The notes under the pieces: generated by a model
Told to the model about the DNA's origin: nothing
The model's input: only the letters and a program-made list of their open reading frames with translations
Database searches by the model: none
NCBI GenBank assembly: GCA_012295275.1
Contig: CM022678.1
Span: forward strand, 12,834,001-12,898,000
Direction: 5' to 3'
DNA from: Chrysomallon squamiferum
Lineage: Eukaryota; Animalia; Mollusca
Length of the DNA: 64,000 bases
Made by a program: the position numbers and the translations under genes
In this document: positions 14,899-32,929 of the stretch, in pieces
How positions within the stretch are numbered: the first letter of the stretch is position 1
Layout: each line of letters begins with the position of its first letter

Positions 14899-16479
14899 TA
14901 AATCGTATTCTTCACGTGTCTAGATATCGTGAACATGTGAAACTAAGTATACGTGTGTATCGTATTCTTCACGTGTCATAGATAACGTTAACAGTATGGA
15001 TTTCTTTTCTCATTTTCTTTTCACCTCACTCGAGACGACTTGATTAAATTACTAATTAGCAAGATTCAGGTATCAAACAGAGATGTGCTGAGTCTAATTA
15101 ATCTAAGAATTTAATCGACTCTGATAGTTATAGTGATAACATGCACATTTTTAATTTATAACCTTTCTTGTCAAAGAAACATAATATTAGAAATCGGAAT
15201 GATGATGACAATGATGACGATGTCCTAGGATACTGCTTAAAGTCTTAACTAAAGAGTATGAAGATGACGATGACGACGACGGTAATGATATCATCATCAT
15301 CATCATCAGATAAAGAATAAATATTAATGTAAAATATTTAATCATCGTCTTCATCATCATCATCATCTTCATAATCATAATATATCAGCTTCATAATAAT
15401 CATCACATCAGATTCATCCTTATCTTTATCATCATCAATTTCCACATCATTATTTTTCATTCTCTACTGTTCTTGCAACTCTTTCCCTATGTCGGTGTTT
15501 GTGGGACAGTGAATTACGCTAACAAACGCCACAGTGAAGAAAGATATCTTTATTTAATGATGTTTCGACGGCAACTACGTAACAGCTACGTGACTACACT
15601 GATGTAAGGTCAAAGAAGCCTACAAACGCTTTATTTATTTACAAATTATTTCTAAAAATTACTATAAGGTGTACTCATGTTCGTGGAAATTAAGAACGTT
15701 AAAAAGAATTTTAAATAAAATAAAATAAAATGAAATAAATAAATAAATAAAAAAGATTTTAAAAATTTCATTTCCAATCTTTACTACGAATAAAATATGA
15801 GACAACCTTATTTAATGTACGTTTTATTTATTACCATTTTTTTCTTTTTTAAACTTCTCTAAAGAGCCTTAATAAATAAATATAAAAAATCAATTTCCTG
15901 TCTTTACCAACACAAAAGTACTTCTTGTTTGTTTATGTACAAATCATTTTTTTTTTTTAATTCTCTAAAGAGTGTTCGAGTCTGCGAAAATAAAGAGCCT
16001 TAATAAAAAAATAAATTAGTTTTAATTTCCAGTCTTTACTAATTATAAAGTATGGTATTACTTCTTTTTGTTAATGCATAAGGCAACCTGTATGATACAT
16101 TCAAATATTTAGTCAATGTTTTTAACTCGGTCATCTTTCTCCAGTCTGTTAATAAATATATCGACATGCAGAGTACTAGCCAAACGCTTTAAAATGAAGA
16201 GGACAAAAACATAAAAAATAATAATAAGACGACGACAACGTCAAAGATTGCGACACGTTATACATCTGATAAATGTTCTAACAAGAAATACAACACCTAC
16301 GGCGATACCAACGTCACTACAGATATTACGATTTCTACATTCACAAATCCAGATAAAGAATTACATTTGTATTGACATCATTTCATTAACATTAAAATAA
16401 CAAGCTTTTATAATACATGGCACATTGTAATTAGTTTTTATACAGACACTATGTAGTATGTTTAACGAATTGCTGCTAA

Positions 16480-16950
16480 ATTACAGGTAAAAATGCATTG
16501 TTCTTTCATCACACTTACCTATGAAAAGTTCAGCGCAGTACTACACAAAATTACACTGTTGTAAATATTCTCTTTGTCTTTTTCGACATCCAGGTAAAAC
16601 AAAAGTAAGTCTCTGGTCAAAAACACATTGTTGTTTTCTTTCACTTACCTGTTAAACGTAGTAAGGAATGCTGTATAAGGCTCACATCAACTACAAAACA
16701 CACCGCTGTCGTCAGACGCAGGCGACATTAACAACGAGGTTGTCCCAGGTAAAAACAGCCAGGTAAAAATAAATCCTACCTGAAATCAACGTGCGCTTTA
16801 ATGCGCTGTTTCGCCGTCTCGTGGAGTGCGCGAGCGACGGTTCACGAAAAGCCAATCAGAAGGAGGAATATTGATTTGTGTGCTGTCCGCTCTAATGAAA
16901 TGTTACACGTCTGCGTAACAAATGGAGCGTGACTGCACACATATAAAACA
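16480..16950. promoter_or_regulatory. Candidate promoter/enhancer: CAGGTA cluster, CpG-rich patch, CCAAT and TATA-like boxes
   Basis: CAGGTA/TACCTG at 16484, 16591, 16646, 16746, 16760 and 16777; GCCAATCAG at 16851; TATAAAA at 16942. The target gene is unknown. Confidence 0.3.
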
Positions 16951-18683
16951 ATATTATAATTTATTCATAATTATTCTGCAAGACTTGATTAATGTCATAC
17001 TGATAGGATATAGATAACAAAGTTATTATTAATACTTCTATAGCATTATAAGTTGTAAATATCTGGATACTCCTATACGTTATATAGTATTTGTTACCAC
17101 TGTTAGTATTATATTTCTATAGCATTATAAGTTATAAATATTTGGATATTGCTATTGTATTACAAGAATTGTTTAATATGATACTGATAGCCTATAAATA
17201 ATAAAGTTATTTTTATTACTTATATTTCTATAGTATAAAAATATTTAGATATTTCTATTAATTAGCATTCTGACGTTTGGTACGATATTGCTGCAGAACT
17301 ACAAGAACTATGGTTACAACAGAAATTGTTTTATAAAACCTTCGACTTCTTACCGTATTCTGATTAAACCATAACAACAATTAATTTAAAATGATGATGA
17401 TAATGACGACATGATGATGATGATGAAAATATATTATGAATTCTATTCTTTTTACATATTTTCATGTAATTATATGAAAACGAAAAGTCCATGGACTAGT
17501 AAATCATAAATGTTTTTTGGCGTCACGCAAGCTGTAATATATATTCTGTAAGAAAATAAAATTTAATAAAATTAAAAAATAAATAAATGAAGTCGTGAAA
17601 TCTGACCCTTTAAAATAACTAATTAGCATTAATCAATATGGCTGATTCATAAAATTTCAATATATTAACGGTTAACTGGAGCCGGAAAGTACTATTGAGT
17701 TATTTGTACATTTCCAGGTTAATAGGATACATGTTGAATATTACCAGTTTTTCGTAATAAAAATGTACTAACAAGTTTACAAAAATATATAACGTTTTGT
17801 CTTTTCATTTTTAATTTCTTTCTTTCTTTCTTTTGTAATTGTTATTGTCGTTACTGTCGTTGTGTTCTTTTTGACGATGTATATATATATATATATATAT
17901 GGATCATTAATAATTTATTTTTAAAAATAAACTTTTTTTAAACACAGGAATAGAACATTTTGTTGTTTTAAACATTTGCTGAATAATATCTATTTATATT
18001 CAAGATTTATATTCATTATTTACATTGTCGTCCGCTTTCAGAATACAAATGGCGATGCCTTCCGTTGTGATTAATCTCGATAAAACAAACATGCAGAACT
18101 GACACCAAGTTCTGCAAGTTTAATATTAGCTCACTAATGGGTAAATTCAGTAATGATGTTCGTCAGATAAGAATTATTAGCTACATCTCGAGCTGTGCGA
18201 CTGACTAATGAGTAAACGCAGAACGTGTTATCGATGGAGAATAGTTTCCGTTGTTACAAAATTATTTTGATTAAATCAGGCTATTTAATGAATCATTTCT
18301 TTCTTTTCTTTCTAGTTTTCATTTTTTTTTAAAAAGTCGAATTTTATATATCTATATATATATTTTGTTGTTATAATTTTGAATATTGTTAACGCATAAC
18401 TTGACATTTCCTTGAGTGTCAGTCCGAGTCTGAGTATGAGTGTGCGTGAGTGTGTGAGCGAGAACACATTTCTGCATTTCAGTATCTGAATGTTTCTCTG
18501 TGTAACTAACTAACTTTTTCTTTAATATAATAATTTACTCTACCTGTTGGTAATATTTTCCTCTTCTTTTTTAAATTATTTTTTAAAAATTATATTGCTT
18601 ATGTATGTATGTACGTGTAGGTGTGTGTAGGCGTATGTATGTGTTAAGTGTTTGTATTGTATTGATATGAGGATCTGTATGTA

Positions 18684-18723
<40 letters not shown>

Positions 18724-18794
18724 TTTATGCAGTGTGTATTTAAATCTGTGCAGATAATAGTTGGACATTTCTCGTGGAGCTCATTGAGTACTAG

Positions 18795-18996
18795 TGATAT
18801 GTGACTGTGATATGTGCTGTGATATGTGGCTATGATATGTGACTGTGATATGTGGCTATGATATGTGACTGTGATATGTGGCTATGATATGTGACTGTGA
18901 TATGTGGCTATGATATGTGACTGTGATATGTGGCTGTGATATGTGACTGTGATATGTGACTGTGATATGTGGCTGTGATATGTGACTGTGATATGT
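18795..18996. repeat. 12-bp minisatellite (TGATATGTGRCT[G/A]-type unit), ~16 copies
   Basis: Direct tandem copies such as gtgatatgtgact/gtgatatgtggct. Confidence 0.92.
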
Positions 18997-19452
18997 ATGG
19001 TCACAATGCATGCTGATGTATTCTGGACCCGTTATTGTTTAATGAGCAACATGTTATACAAACCGTATAGTTGTCTAATGCAATAGTCCCGGTGTGACGT
19101 CACGATGATGATGATGATGATGTCGCCAAGTGGTTTGTCTAGTTATCTGTCTGTCTGTCTTGTGTCTGTTGTCTACCATCTATCTACCTTTCTATTTGTC
19201 TGTCTGTATGTCAGTCAATGTAGATGTCTATCTATCTATCTAACTATCTATCGATCTATCTATTATTCATTTATAATAATAATAACCTAACTCATTTCGA
19301 GTTTAAACAAATCTTTTTCTGTTCTTGTTATCAAAGAAGAAAGAAAACACCTGTTGGAAGACATACCTACCTTAATTACAGGTGAGAGGGTTACAGGTAA
19401 GACAAGGCTCTCCCAGTGTCATTCTGTCTGTTCCCGGCTAGCAGTGTCCAGT

Positions 19453-19623
19453 ATGATGTGGTTTGCTCTTTTATTTATTTCAGCAGTCTTTGCCCAAATT
19501 GAGTGGCCTTGGACGGTTGGTTTCAGTATATTTACTAGTTTTATTAGTTTGTAGTAGTATTAGTATTAATAGTATTAGTAGCAGAAGTTGTAGTAGTAAT
19601 AGTAGTAGTGGTGGTGGGGGTGA

Positions 19624-19675
<52 letters not shown>

Positions 19676-21538
19676 TCTTTAATTCGCTGATATTACTAAA
19701 ACTTGTAGATAAGTTATATTTTACACTTACTATTATCATTTAGTATTGATGTGTAATAAAAAAAATAAACAAGAATACGTTATATGCAAATTCATTCTTC
19801 ATAAATATCATTCCGATCAGCAGAACATATTTTAATACTTGTACTAAAATAACAACAGATTAATTTTTGTTATGGTCTTGTTGGCCCGAGTTAACTAAAT
19901 TTATGTGAAGTACAAAAGCAACAACAAATTATTACGATTATACTACCATTGCTACATTAACATTACAATAAAAATTACTACAACAACAGATATTACTGCT
20001 AATAATACAATAATTGTCACTACCGCAATGGCAACTACAACAACTCCTTCTACAACATTTATTACTACTATTTACTACTGCTACGAATACTACTAGTACT
20101 GCAGCTACTTCTACTACTACTTCTACTCATATTACTATTACTGCTTTAAAAAAAAAGCTTATATAATAACAGTTATTACTGTTATTACTATTACTATATA
20201 TAACTATTATTGCTAGTGGATTAATGTCGTACAATAATTCCTACTACTACTACTACACCAACAATTTCTACAACTACTACTGCTATTACTACTATAACAC
20301 ACCACATGGTGATATACTTTTATTTGCTTATGTTATTAATTATAATGACATAATGAATCAACTGTTGATGTTGACGTAGTAGTAACTTGTGTGAATGGAG
20401 GATAGCATCAGTGTGACATCGTTCTAATGATGCTGATGTCAACGTTGATGTTGTTTTAGCTATGCTGATGTTCTAGTAACTAAATGTGATGTATAAATTT
20501 GACATTAATGAGTTCGTTGTTGTTTTGTTTTTAGCCAAACGAAAGTGACCTTGACCTTGGCGATTTGGCTGATCTACACAACATTCATGAACTTGTGTCA
20601 GTTCTGGAAGACAGAGAGCATGTTAGGATTTATTTATTTATTTATTTGTCTGTCTGTTTGTTTGTTTGTTTGTTTTTAAATTATTAATACATTTACTTTG
20701 TATGAATGCTTAAATTTTTGTTAAATAACTATTTAGTATTAATTATCATTGTAATCCTGAAGCTATTTAGACGATTTATTAAATTATCGTCAGAATATTT
20801 AGTAGGTTTCTTCTTCTTCTTTTTATATTTATATTTTTATTTTTAATTTATTTATTTTAGTGGGCATGGTTTGTAGAGCATATCTAAATATATTTATCTA
20901 GGAAGTCAGTGGACTGTTTGTTTGAACTTAATAATTTCATTTGAATTTTTGTAGCATACTCTGGCGCTGAAAGACCTTGACACTCACGTCTGCTACCTCA
21001 TTGACATGCAGACGTCACATATGACGACACAAGACATTCTTAATGACGTTAGAGTAAGTAACCATAGAGACTGAAATTAAAATATTCATAGTCTTCACCT
21101 CTAATTTGCTTCTGATTCATAATCGTCCGTACTATTTTTTAAATAATAATAATAATAACAATAATAATAATAATAATAAATAGTACAGCAGTACAATCGC
21201 AAAGTGCCAAATAAGGGTGTATAATGTAATATTTTATTTTTACTTTAAATATTTTAAATGTAAAATAATTTTTAAATAATAATAATAATAACAATTTTTA
21301 AATAACAACAACAACAACAACAACAATAATAACAATAATAATAATAATAATAATAATTTCTTTATTTACACAGATGAATGGTAACCAGATTATTTCGAAT
21401 CAATTCGTGGCAGAGTTCCCTCCCTTGGACCATAGCGAATTGTCTAATTACGGACACAGAATATCTCATTACTGTAAACACAACCCTACAGTTAAACTCG
21501 GCAAAAACGACGGTAGGTTTTACCACGACGACCACCAC

Positions 21539-21572
<34 letters not shown>

Positions 21573-21761
21573 GTAACTCAATAATAATAATTTATATATT
21601 TAACTAGCACGAATTAGAGCATTTATAACTTTTGATCTTAATGTTTAATTTTAAATTATATATTTACATAATACAAATAATTATATAAAAAATTAAAATT
21701 TTCTTCTTTTACGTTTTTTTATCTTCCAGGACTTCAGACGCCACAGCCTGTAGGCAAATAG
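19453..21761 (+). CDS. Small secreted BRICHOS-like domain protein, 139 aa, 5 coding exons
   Basis: Exons 19453-19515 (MMWFALLFISAVFAQIEWPWT, signal peptide), 20535-20621 (PNESDLDLGDLADLHNIHELVSVLEDREH), 20955-21053 (HTLALKDLDTHVCYLIDMQTSHMTTQDILNDVR), 21374-21512 (MNGNQ...LDHSELSNYGHRISHYCKHNPTVKLGKND), 21730-21761 (GLQTPQPVGK*). All junctions are GT-AG and in phase; AATAAA at 21844. The D...CYL and L..G..I..YC...PT..L patterns resemble the conserved BRICHOS Asp and two Cys. The gene model is firm; the domain call is by eye. Confidence 0.8.
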
Positions 21762-22139
21762 GAAAGATTATTACGTCATCAATCAACAACAGAATCACTC
21801 GTATCCAACAAAATACTAATTTATTGCTTACTGAGCGCTGGTGAATAAAAAAAAGATCACTGATAAAGAAATAGTTTGATTATTTTCTGTAACAGTCACT
21901 AACAACGTAGTTCCTTACAATAACACACTGCAAGTAAATAAATAAACAGATAGACAGACAGACAGACAGACAGGCAGACAGATTGATAGATCGATAGATA
22001 GATAGACAGATAGACAGATAAGTAAGTTATAAATAAATAAATAAATAAATAAATAGATAGTAAGTAAGTAAGTAAATAAACAAATTCTCTTGGCATTTCT
22101 ACAGTATCTTAGAAAACAATGCATACTAAGCACCACAAC

Positions 22140-22186
<47 letters not shown>

Positions 22187-22674
22187 TTAATTGCGAATGG
22201 TTTATTATAAATCTGTCATTACGTTGTTGCTTTTTATCAGACAATTTTTACTGATTATCAAGTTCTTTGTCATCATCATCAACAAGATCAACAAATGACG
22301 ACGATTACTGTTTTTTTTTTTTTTATTCTGATACTAAGAATGTTGGAAATAGCAAAAATTTGAAAAAATAATAATAATTTTAAAAAATAATTAGAAATAA
22401 TACAATTCTATATTAACGTTTAGCGTTATTTATGTAAAAACTAATGCAACTTTACATACATTTTATATATTTTACATATTACTGGTTTGTTCATTCGGGT
22501 TTGCTAATAATAAAGTTTGACAATAACAATAATATTCATGAAAATGAATAAATATAAATGTAAAAACCAAATATCCCTAAAAGACTGAGGATACAACAAA
22601 TTGCAGCCATAACTAACAGTTAAACAAATAATCTTTAAAACCTATATTTTTCTTTTCGTTGATGTCGTTTTGTT

Positions 22675-26489
<3,815 letters not shown>

Positions 26490-26844
26490 TCTTCAGGACA
26501 TTCTTTATTGTCTACCTGAAATATACAAGTTCAGAAAGACATAGAGAGATAGACAGACTGGTAGGTTTTATATATATATATATATTTTTATAATTATAGA
26601 GTCACGTGAGTTCTATCTGATAGATTACTTCTGTTTCCTAAATTTATTTAATATTCAACCTGGTAACCAAAGAAATTAAAACACACACACACATTTTATA
26701 TATATATTATATAGATAAATTATATAGACATATAGATGGATGATAGACAGAGACTGATATATCGATCGATAGATTGATAGTCATGTAAATATATCGATGT
26801 ATATATATAGATGGAGTGAAGATAGACTGACAAATGTGTGTGTG

Positions 26845-26896
<52 letters not shown>

Positions 26897-28350
26897 TGTA
26901 TGTGTGTGTGTGTCTGTGTGTGTGTGTGTGTGTTTATGTGTGTGTGTGAGTGTGTGTGTGTGTGTGTCTGAGTGTGTGTGAGTGTGCGTGTGTGTGAGTG
27001 TGCGTGTGAGTGTGTGCGTGAGTGTGTGTGTGTGGGTGTGGGTGTGTTTGTCAGTATGTAGATATATAGACAGACGGGTAGACTGAAAGAGAAAATATAG
27101 AAAGAAAGAAAGATAGATGTCATAAGCAGAAATTTGACGTCTTCTTTTTATTAAAAATATCAATAATCAACAATGACAATTTGTTTTTGTTTTTGTTCTT
27201 ACGTCGAGTACATTATACTGCAGACCTACCTTAACATTTCTGTTTCCGTGATGCACTTTGAACATTCGCCGTTGTAGAAAAAACTAAATTATGACAGGAC
27301 AGTTTGGTGAAATATTATAAATAACCTACGTCATAGATACCCGTATATTTCTTTATAATTAACTGACAGGTCTGTCGATTGCTAAGCTCAGAGTCATACG
27401 GATGCGTAGCAAATTGAAGAATCTGTCGTGACGCGGGTACCTGATTATCGATGATTATTGATTACCAACAATTTTTAAAAGTCTAATTTAGAAATAAAAA
27501 ACCTAACGAAAAATAATCCTTCATTATGATGAAGGATATGAAAGTAATTTTTAAATATTGTTATATGTTTAATGTTTTTTGATTCAGTTGTTTCATTTTT
27601 GTTCTTTCCTATCTAGAATTATCGTCTGCTCTCGAACTCTCCATCAAAACAATTATGACATCTTCTGTTGTCATGACGACAAACAAGCATTCCCGTCTCT
27701 TATTGATTGGCACAATCAAAACAATGTTTCTGATAACAGATCTAATTGATTGATTAGTTAATACACATTTACACAAACAGACTGACCCGTGAACTCAAAA
27801 ATCGTGAGAGACAAATAGCAAATATCTGACAATATCAGAGTCATAAATTATCCTACACGTTTCGCGAAAATTAAGTTTGTGTCCAGAGCAAACGTTCGAT
27901 GGAACAGTGCTTGAAATTTATCGTGTGTGTACATTTGTACATGTTTATAGTTATAGATACACAAACATGCAAACTGCTGCGTACGCACGCTAGGACACGC
28001 ACACACAGTATAGAAATTGTAATTGTAAATTAAATGTTAATTATAAATAACTGATTTTACACAAGTTACAGAAGAAAATGAAAGAGATTTTTATTTTATT
28101 TTCACTTCTCGTCCAGTCCTCGTATCGCATTGTTATCTTCACTACTGTTCCTCTGCCTGCAGGCAGCGGACGCCATCTGGTGTTTATTTTGTCAGATTCC
28201 GTACAGATCAAAGTAGTCAGATGTTTTACACGTGTGTTTCGTGTTTCTTCGTTGTGTTGTACAGCTGTGATGCTTATTCCTGTAAACACTGAACTGTTAA
28301 TATCACTCGCATTGTCTAAATGTCAGCATTATATATGTGTGTGCGTGTGT

Positions 28351-28415
<65 letters not shown>

Positions 28416-28935
28416 TGTGAAAATAGATGAATGACGTTGGTTAGGAGCCTGAATATAAAAGTTGGAATCAATTTACCAAAGAGAACTCACGTGACAGTAT
28501 AATTATAATAAATGTTTGGATTACATTTGTTTTTTATTTGATTTTGTGTTACCACAAAATATATACTGTTCTCGGATTGATTTTATTTATTTATTTAATA
28601 ATATTTTTATGTTCGTAATATCAACAAGTTGCGAACCAGGACGGCTAAATATAAAAAAATACATTCATAATTCGTAACGTCTTTCTTTTTTCTCTTCTTC
28701 TGCTTCTACTTTTTTATAAATGCTCCTGGTACATTATGAACAAAGGCATAATTACATAAAAATGTTACAGCATACATCAGTGCCACTGATGTTACAGGGT
28801 TATGTAACAAATGGGACGAGTAACTCAGGGGAGACACTAACTGGATATTCATGAGTATAAAAATAACGTTACAGACTTTTTAATTAATGTATTCATAACA
28901 ACAAAAAGAAAACAAACAAAAAAAAAAAAAAAAAA

Positions 28936-28982
<47 letters not shown>

Positions 28983-30539
28983 TAATAATAATAATAATAA
29001 AAATAATAAAAATAATAAACAAGCAAACAAATAAACAAATAAATAAATAAACGAGACTATAAAAAAACAACCCAAAAAATCCCCCGACAACAACAAAAAT
29101 GAATAAATCAACAGCGAAACTGCTTCTTGGTCTGTGTTAAACGAAATTTATTTTCTCCAGTTTGTCTCTTCAAGCAGACGCTCCACCTTAGTCCCCACTC
29201 GCACATTTCACTCTTGCTAAATTACTTCCTGTACAAAGTAGATTTCAGTGAATCCGATAAAATAAGCAAAAAAAAAAAAAAAAGAATAAAAAATAAGAAT
29301 AAAAATAAGAAATATAAAATAAATAAATAAATTAATAATAAAATTTAAAGAATTTAAAAAAGAAGAAAAGAAAGTTAATCCTCGTTTGTTCCTCTGTTTG
29401 CCGCCAAGCGCGCAAACCTCGTCAGTTCCAGTGTTCTAAAAATAGCACAGACTTTTTACAAACTCTGCTTGTTCTAAGTGTTTACAATTTTTCTCCAAGT
29501 CTGGATTTTCTAGCTGTTCCATCCTATCGCGGCGTCCAATCCGTAAGTTCTTCAGTGTTGTGTTGTCGTAGTTGTAGATGCTGCAAGGACTGGTATCTGA
29601 GGTGTAGAAGTAATTACAGGATGGAATAAACGTGACGGGAATGTTGTGAAGAGAGTTTGAAGTTTCGGGTAAGAAAAATTCCAGCGAGTTTTTTGCTGGC
29701 CTAGATCTCGGTGACCGCATCATTATAACTCGCTGAAGTTTTGCATGTTATTTCGAGAAGGAGGGGGAGCTATCCCCCCACCCAATCGGAAAAACTGTAT
29801 AAACGTTAATTTCACGGTAATCTGAGATGATTATTTGCCTTTTTAAATTTCCTTTTAAGAGGCTTGAAGTTTTTTTTCTGTTTTATCATTTTCACAAGAA
29901 TGGATTTTAATTTAGTTTTTGTATTATTATTATTTTTAAAAATCTTATTCAGATAAAAAAAAAAAAGTATTACTAATATTTATTTTTATTTATTCAGTTG
30001 TATTATTTCGTCCCGAAACAATGTTATAAGAGTACCTCTGACATTTAAAGACAGCTACAGCTGTTGGTCAAGATTTGGCCGAAGGGTTTTATTTACTGAA
30101 CGTCCAGTCGCGGACAGCGCGAGATAATAGTTCTATCTCGGCCACGACTGCTGGGTCAGCAAGTAACCAGCATTGTGTGACAGCAAATGTAACATAGTCT
30201 TATCTTATCTTATTTTATTTGGCTTGGTCTTCTCCTTTTGTTTTTATTCTGTACTAAACTTTTATGTATTTATTTGACTGTCTGTATGTTTGTTTATTTA
30301 TTTATTTGTTTAAATTGTTTGTTGTTGTTTTTTTCTGGTTTATTTGTTTGCTAAGGCATTTATATATATTTACGTTTATGTAAATAATAATTGAAATATA
30401 ATTAAAAATATAAATAATAAAATATTTATATTCAAGATAATAATAATAATAATAAGTAAGTTAACATTTTTTTTAAAATCTGTATTATCTATAAATTTCG
30501 GTCTTTCTCTTGCTGTCTGTTAATTATTAAATTGTGTTT

Positions 30540-30630
<91 letters not shown>

Positions 30631-30884
30631 TATTTTCTCTTAATTTCGTTCCATTTTCACAATTCATTTTTATAGCTTTTGCTGTCTTATACTCATCACC
30701 ATTTATCTCAATTTTCTTTCTTTTTCTCTTTTCTCTTTTCTTTAAAGTGTGGAAATTTGTCTTCTTTTTCCACATCCCCAATCGATCAAACAATATCGTC
30801 TGTATGATAAAAGTGATGAGTCTGTAATCACTAATACTTCAGACTGGACATAATAATCTACATTATCGACCATAAACCCCCAAA

Positions 30885-31020
30885 CACGCTGACTTTATTA
30901 CTTAAGCCAAGGGTCATGTGTTCGAAACCCCAAGGCGGACTCACTGAACCATTTTTGTTCTTCCGTCGACTGGAGAGGGAATGTCCACCAGGAACGTCAG
31001 TGAAAGCGTGAGCGAGCCGC
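30885..31020 (+). mobile_element. Possible degenerate tRNA-derived SINE fragment
   Basis: B-box-like GTGTTCGAAACCCC (~30918-30931) in a GC-richer island. No clear A box, cloverleaf or TSD is visible. Confidence 0.25.
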
Positions 31021-31227
31021 GTTCATTGCTAAGTGAAGAAGAAAAATGAAATGGCGCATTCGCACACATTCGTTTTTATTAGCGTTCCGACACAAAACTA
31101 GGTTTATTCCTCTCTTTGGTACATTATGTAATGATGTCGTTTAGACGTGCTTGTAAAAGCCACGAAGAGGCGAGATATATATTCTTTTCCTTTTGATCAT
31201 CTTGTTTCTCATTTGGATAGTTGTCGT

Positions 31228-31341
<114 letters not shown>

Positions 31342-31567
31342 ATTATTATTTTATTTTTATTTTATTATTAATATTATTTTTTCCGCAGAGAGAAACTAGT
31401 TTTATTGTGAGAGCTAAACTCTTCACAGAGACAACATCCCCGCATTTTGTAAAAACCTGGCACTGCCGTTGATATCTTCCAACAATGTAGTTCAGATTCA
31501 TAACGAGGCTAATAATTATGACCGATGTCTTGATTCAAGAGTGAGAGAATAAAAGATTAAAAAAAAC

Positions 31568-31664
<97 letters not shown>

Positions 31665-32420
31665 TAACCATCCACGCAATAAAGAAATTCGGACAAGTAA
31701 ACAAAAGATCGCTAACAGTAACACCTAATTAATTTTTTTTTTCTATGAAGTTAACAACAATGTCGCATTTAATCCACTTTTCCAGACACCTGGAACCTCT
31801 CTAAGTATCCAATTATTATTTTATTAACGTTTATATTCCCTCATTGAATCGATATTTTATGGGGAGTGTGTAATTTCACCTCCCCTGTTCCGCCATTGCT
31901 GGCGGCACCTTTAATTGTTGACGCCAAGGTTCAAAACTGTTTTGTTCTTTTTCAGGAGTTATCTGAGATTAGTGTGGCAGTTTCCGCGAAATACCGGAAA
32001 TTACAACAGCAGCGAGACAGGTTAATTTAGTGTCTGATTTGACGATTTCGAGAGCATCAAAACGGTAGAATTTACAGAAGAATAAACACTGTAAAAAGAA
32101 AGGAAACGGGATACATAAGAAGAGAGAAGAGGGGAGAAGAGTAGAAGAAAATAAAAAGAGAAAGAAGAAAATAGAAGAAGACGAAAAAAAATATAAGTTG
32201 AAATCACTGCAATTCTGGATCTGCGGAAATCGTAGAATTTTTTTTTAGAAATAAATGGATTGATTCTTCTGCTGTCGAGTATTTACGAACGAAAAGTACA
32301 GAAAATCAGAAGAGAAAGAAAGCAAATGGAAAAAGTTGAAAAAAAATTAATTTAAAAAACTGGGGAAAAATACGAAAAGATAAGTTAGAAAGAAAGAAAG
32401 AAAAATATTTATATTTAAAA

Positions 32421-32878
32421 ATGGCTGCAGGAAGAAAATCTGCAATTGTCTTCCTTATCATTGAATTCGCCATTTTGGTTCCCTACATTGTGGCATTTTC
32501 CCTTGATACATGGGCAATCATAATGGAGAACGAAGCCGCTGAACCGATGAAGTCAAATATGGGACTGTGGTGGGGTTGCGGCTACAACCACGACATGCAG
32601 TTCGTTGACGTCGGAAACTGTTTCTCTATGTTAGAGGCTGGTGTACCAGGTATTACTTTTTATATGATGATGATGATAATGATGATGTTCGTTTTCTTCT
32701 TTATAACGTCTGTAAACTAATTTCTGAAATAATTCTGATTCAGTATCCGATGAGTATCTCGTCCAACATACTAAAATTAAAAACCTGTAAATTACTTCAT
32801 TATTCAAAAAAAATAATAATAATAATCATAATTTTTTTTTTTTAAATAACTAAAATAAAAAACGAATAAATAAATAGA

Positions 32879-32929
<51 letters not shown>

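Larger units (their letters stand above)
13240..14995. repeat. Degenerate ~55-60 bp tandem repeat (ATCGTATTCTT...TAGATAACGTTAAGAAC core) interrupted by the DNA transposon
   Basis: Copies of CGTATTCTT...GATAACGTTAA at ~13335-13570 resume at 14902-14995 on the other side of the element. Confidence 0.7.

Noticed and set aside
28774-28792. Short perfect hairpins (ACATCAGTG-C-CACTGATGT; also 27516-27537)
   Set aside because: 9-bp stems are expected occasionally by chance, with no Helitron end, MITE or miRNA-length stem context.
30885-30960. Possible tRNA gene
   Set aside because: Only a B-box-like motif is present; no cloverleaf could be folded. It is kept only as a low-confidence SINE fragment.
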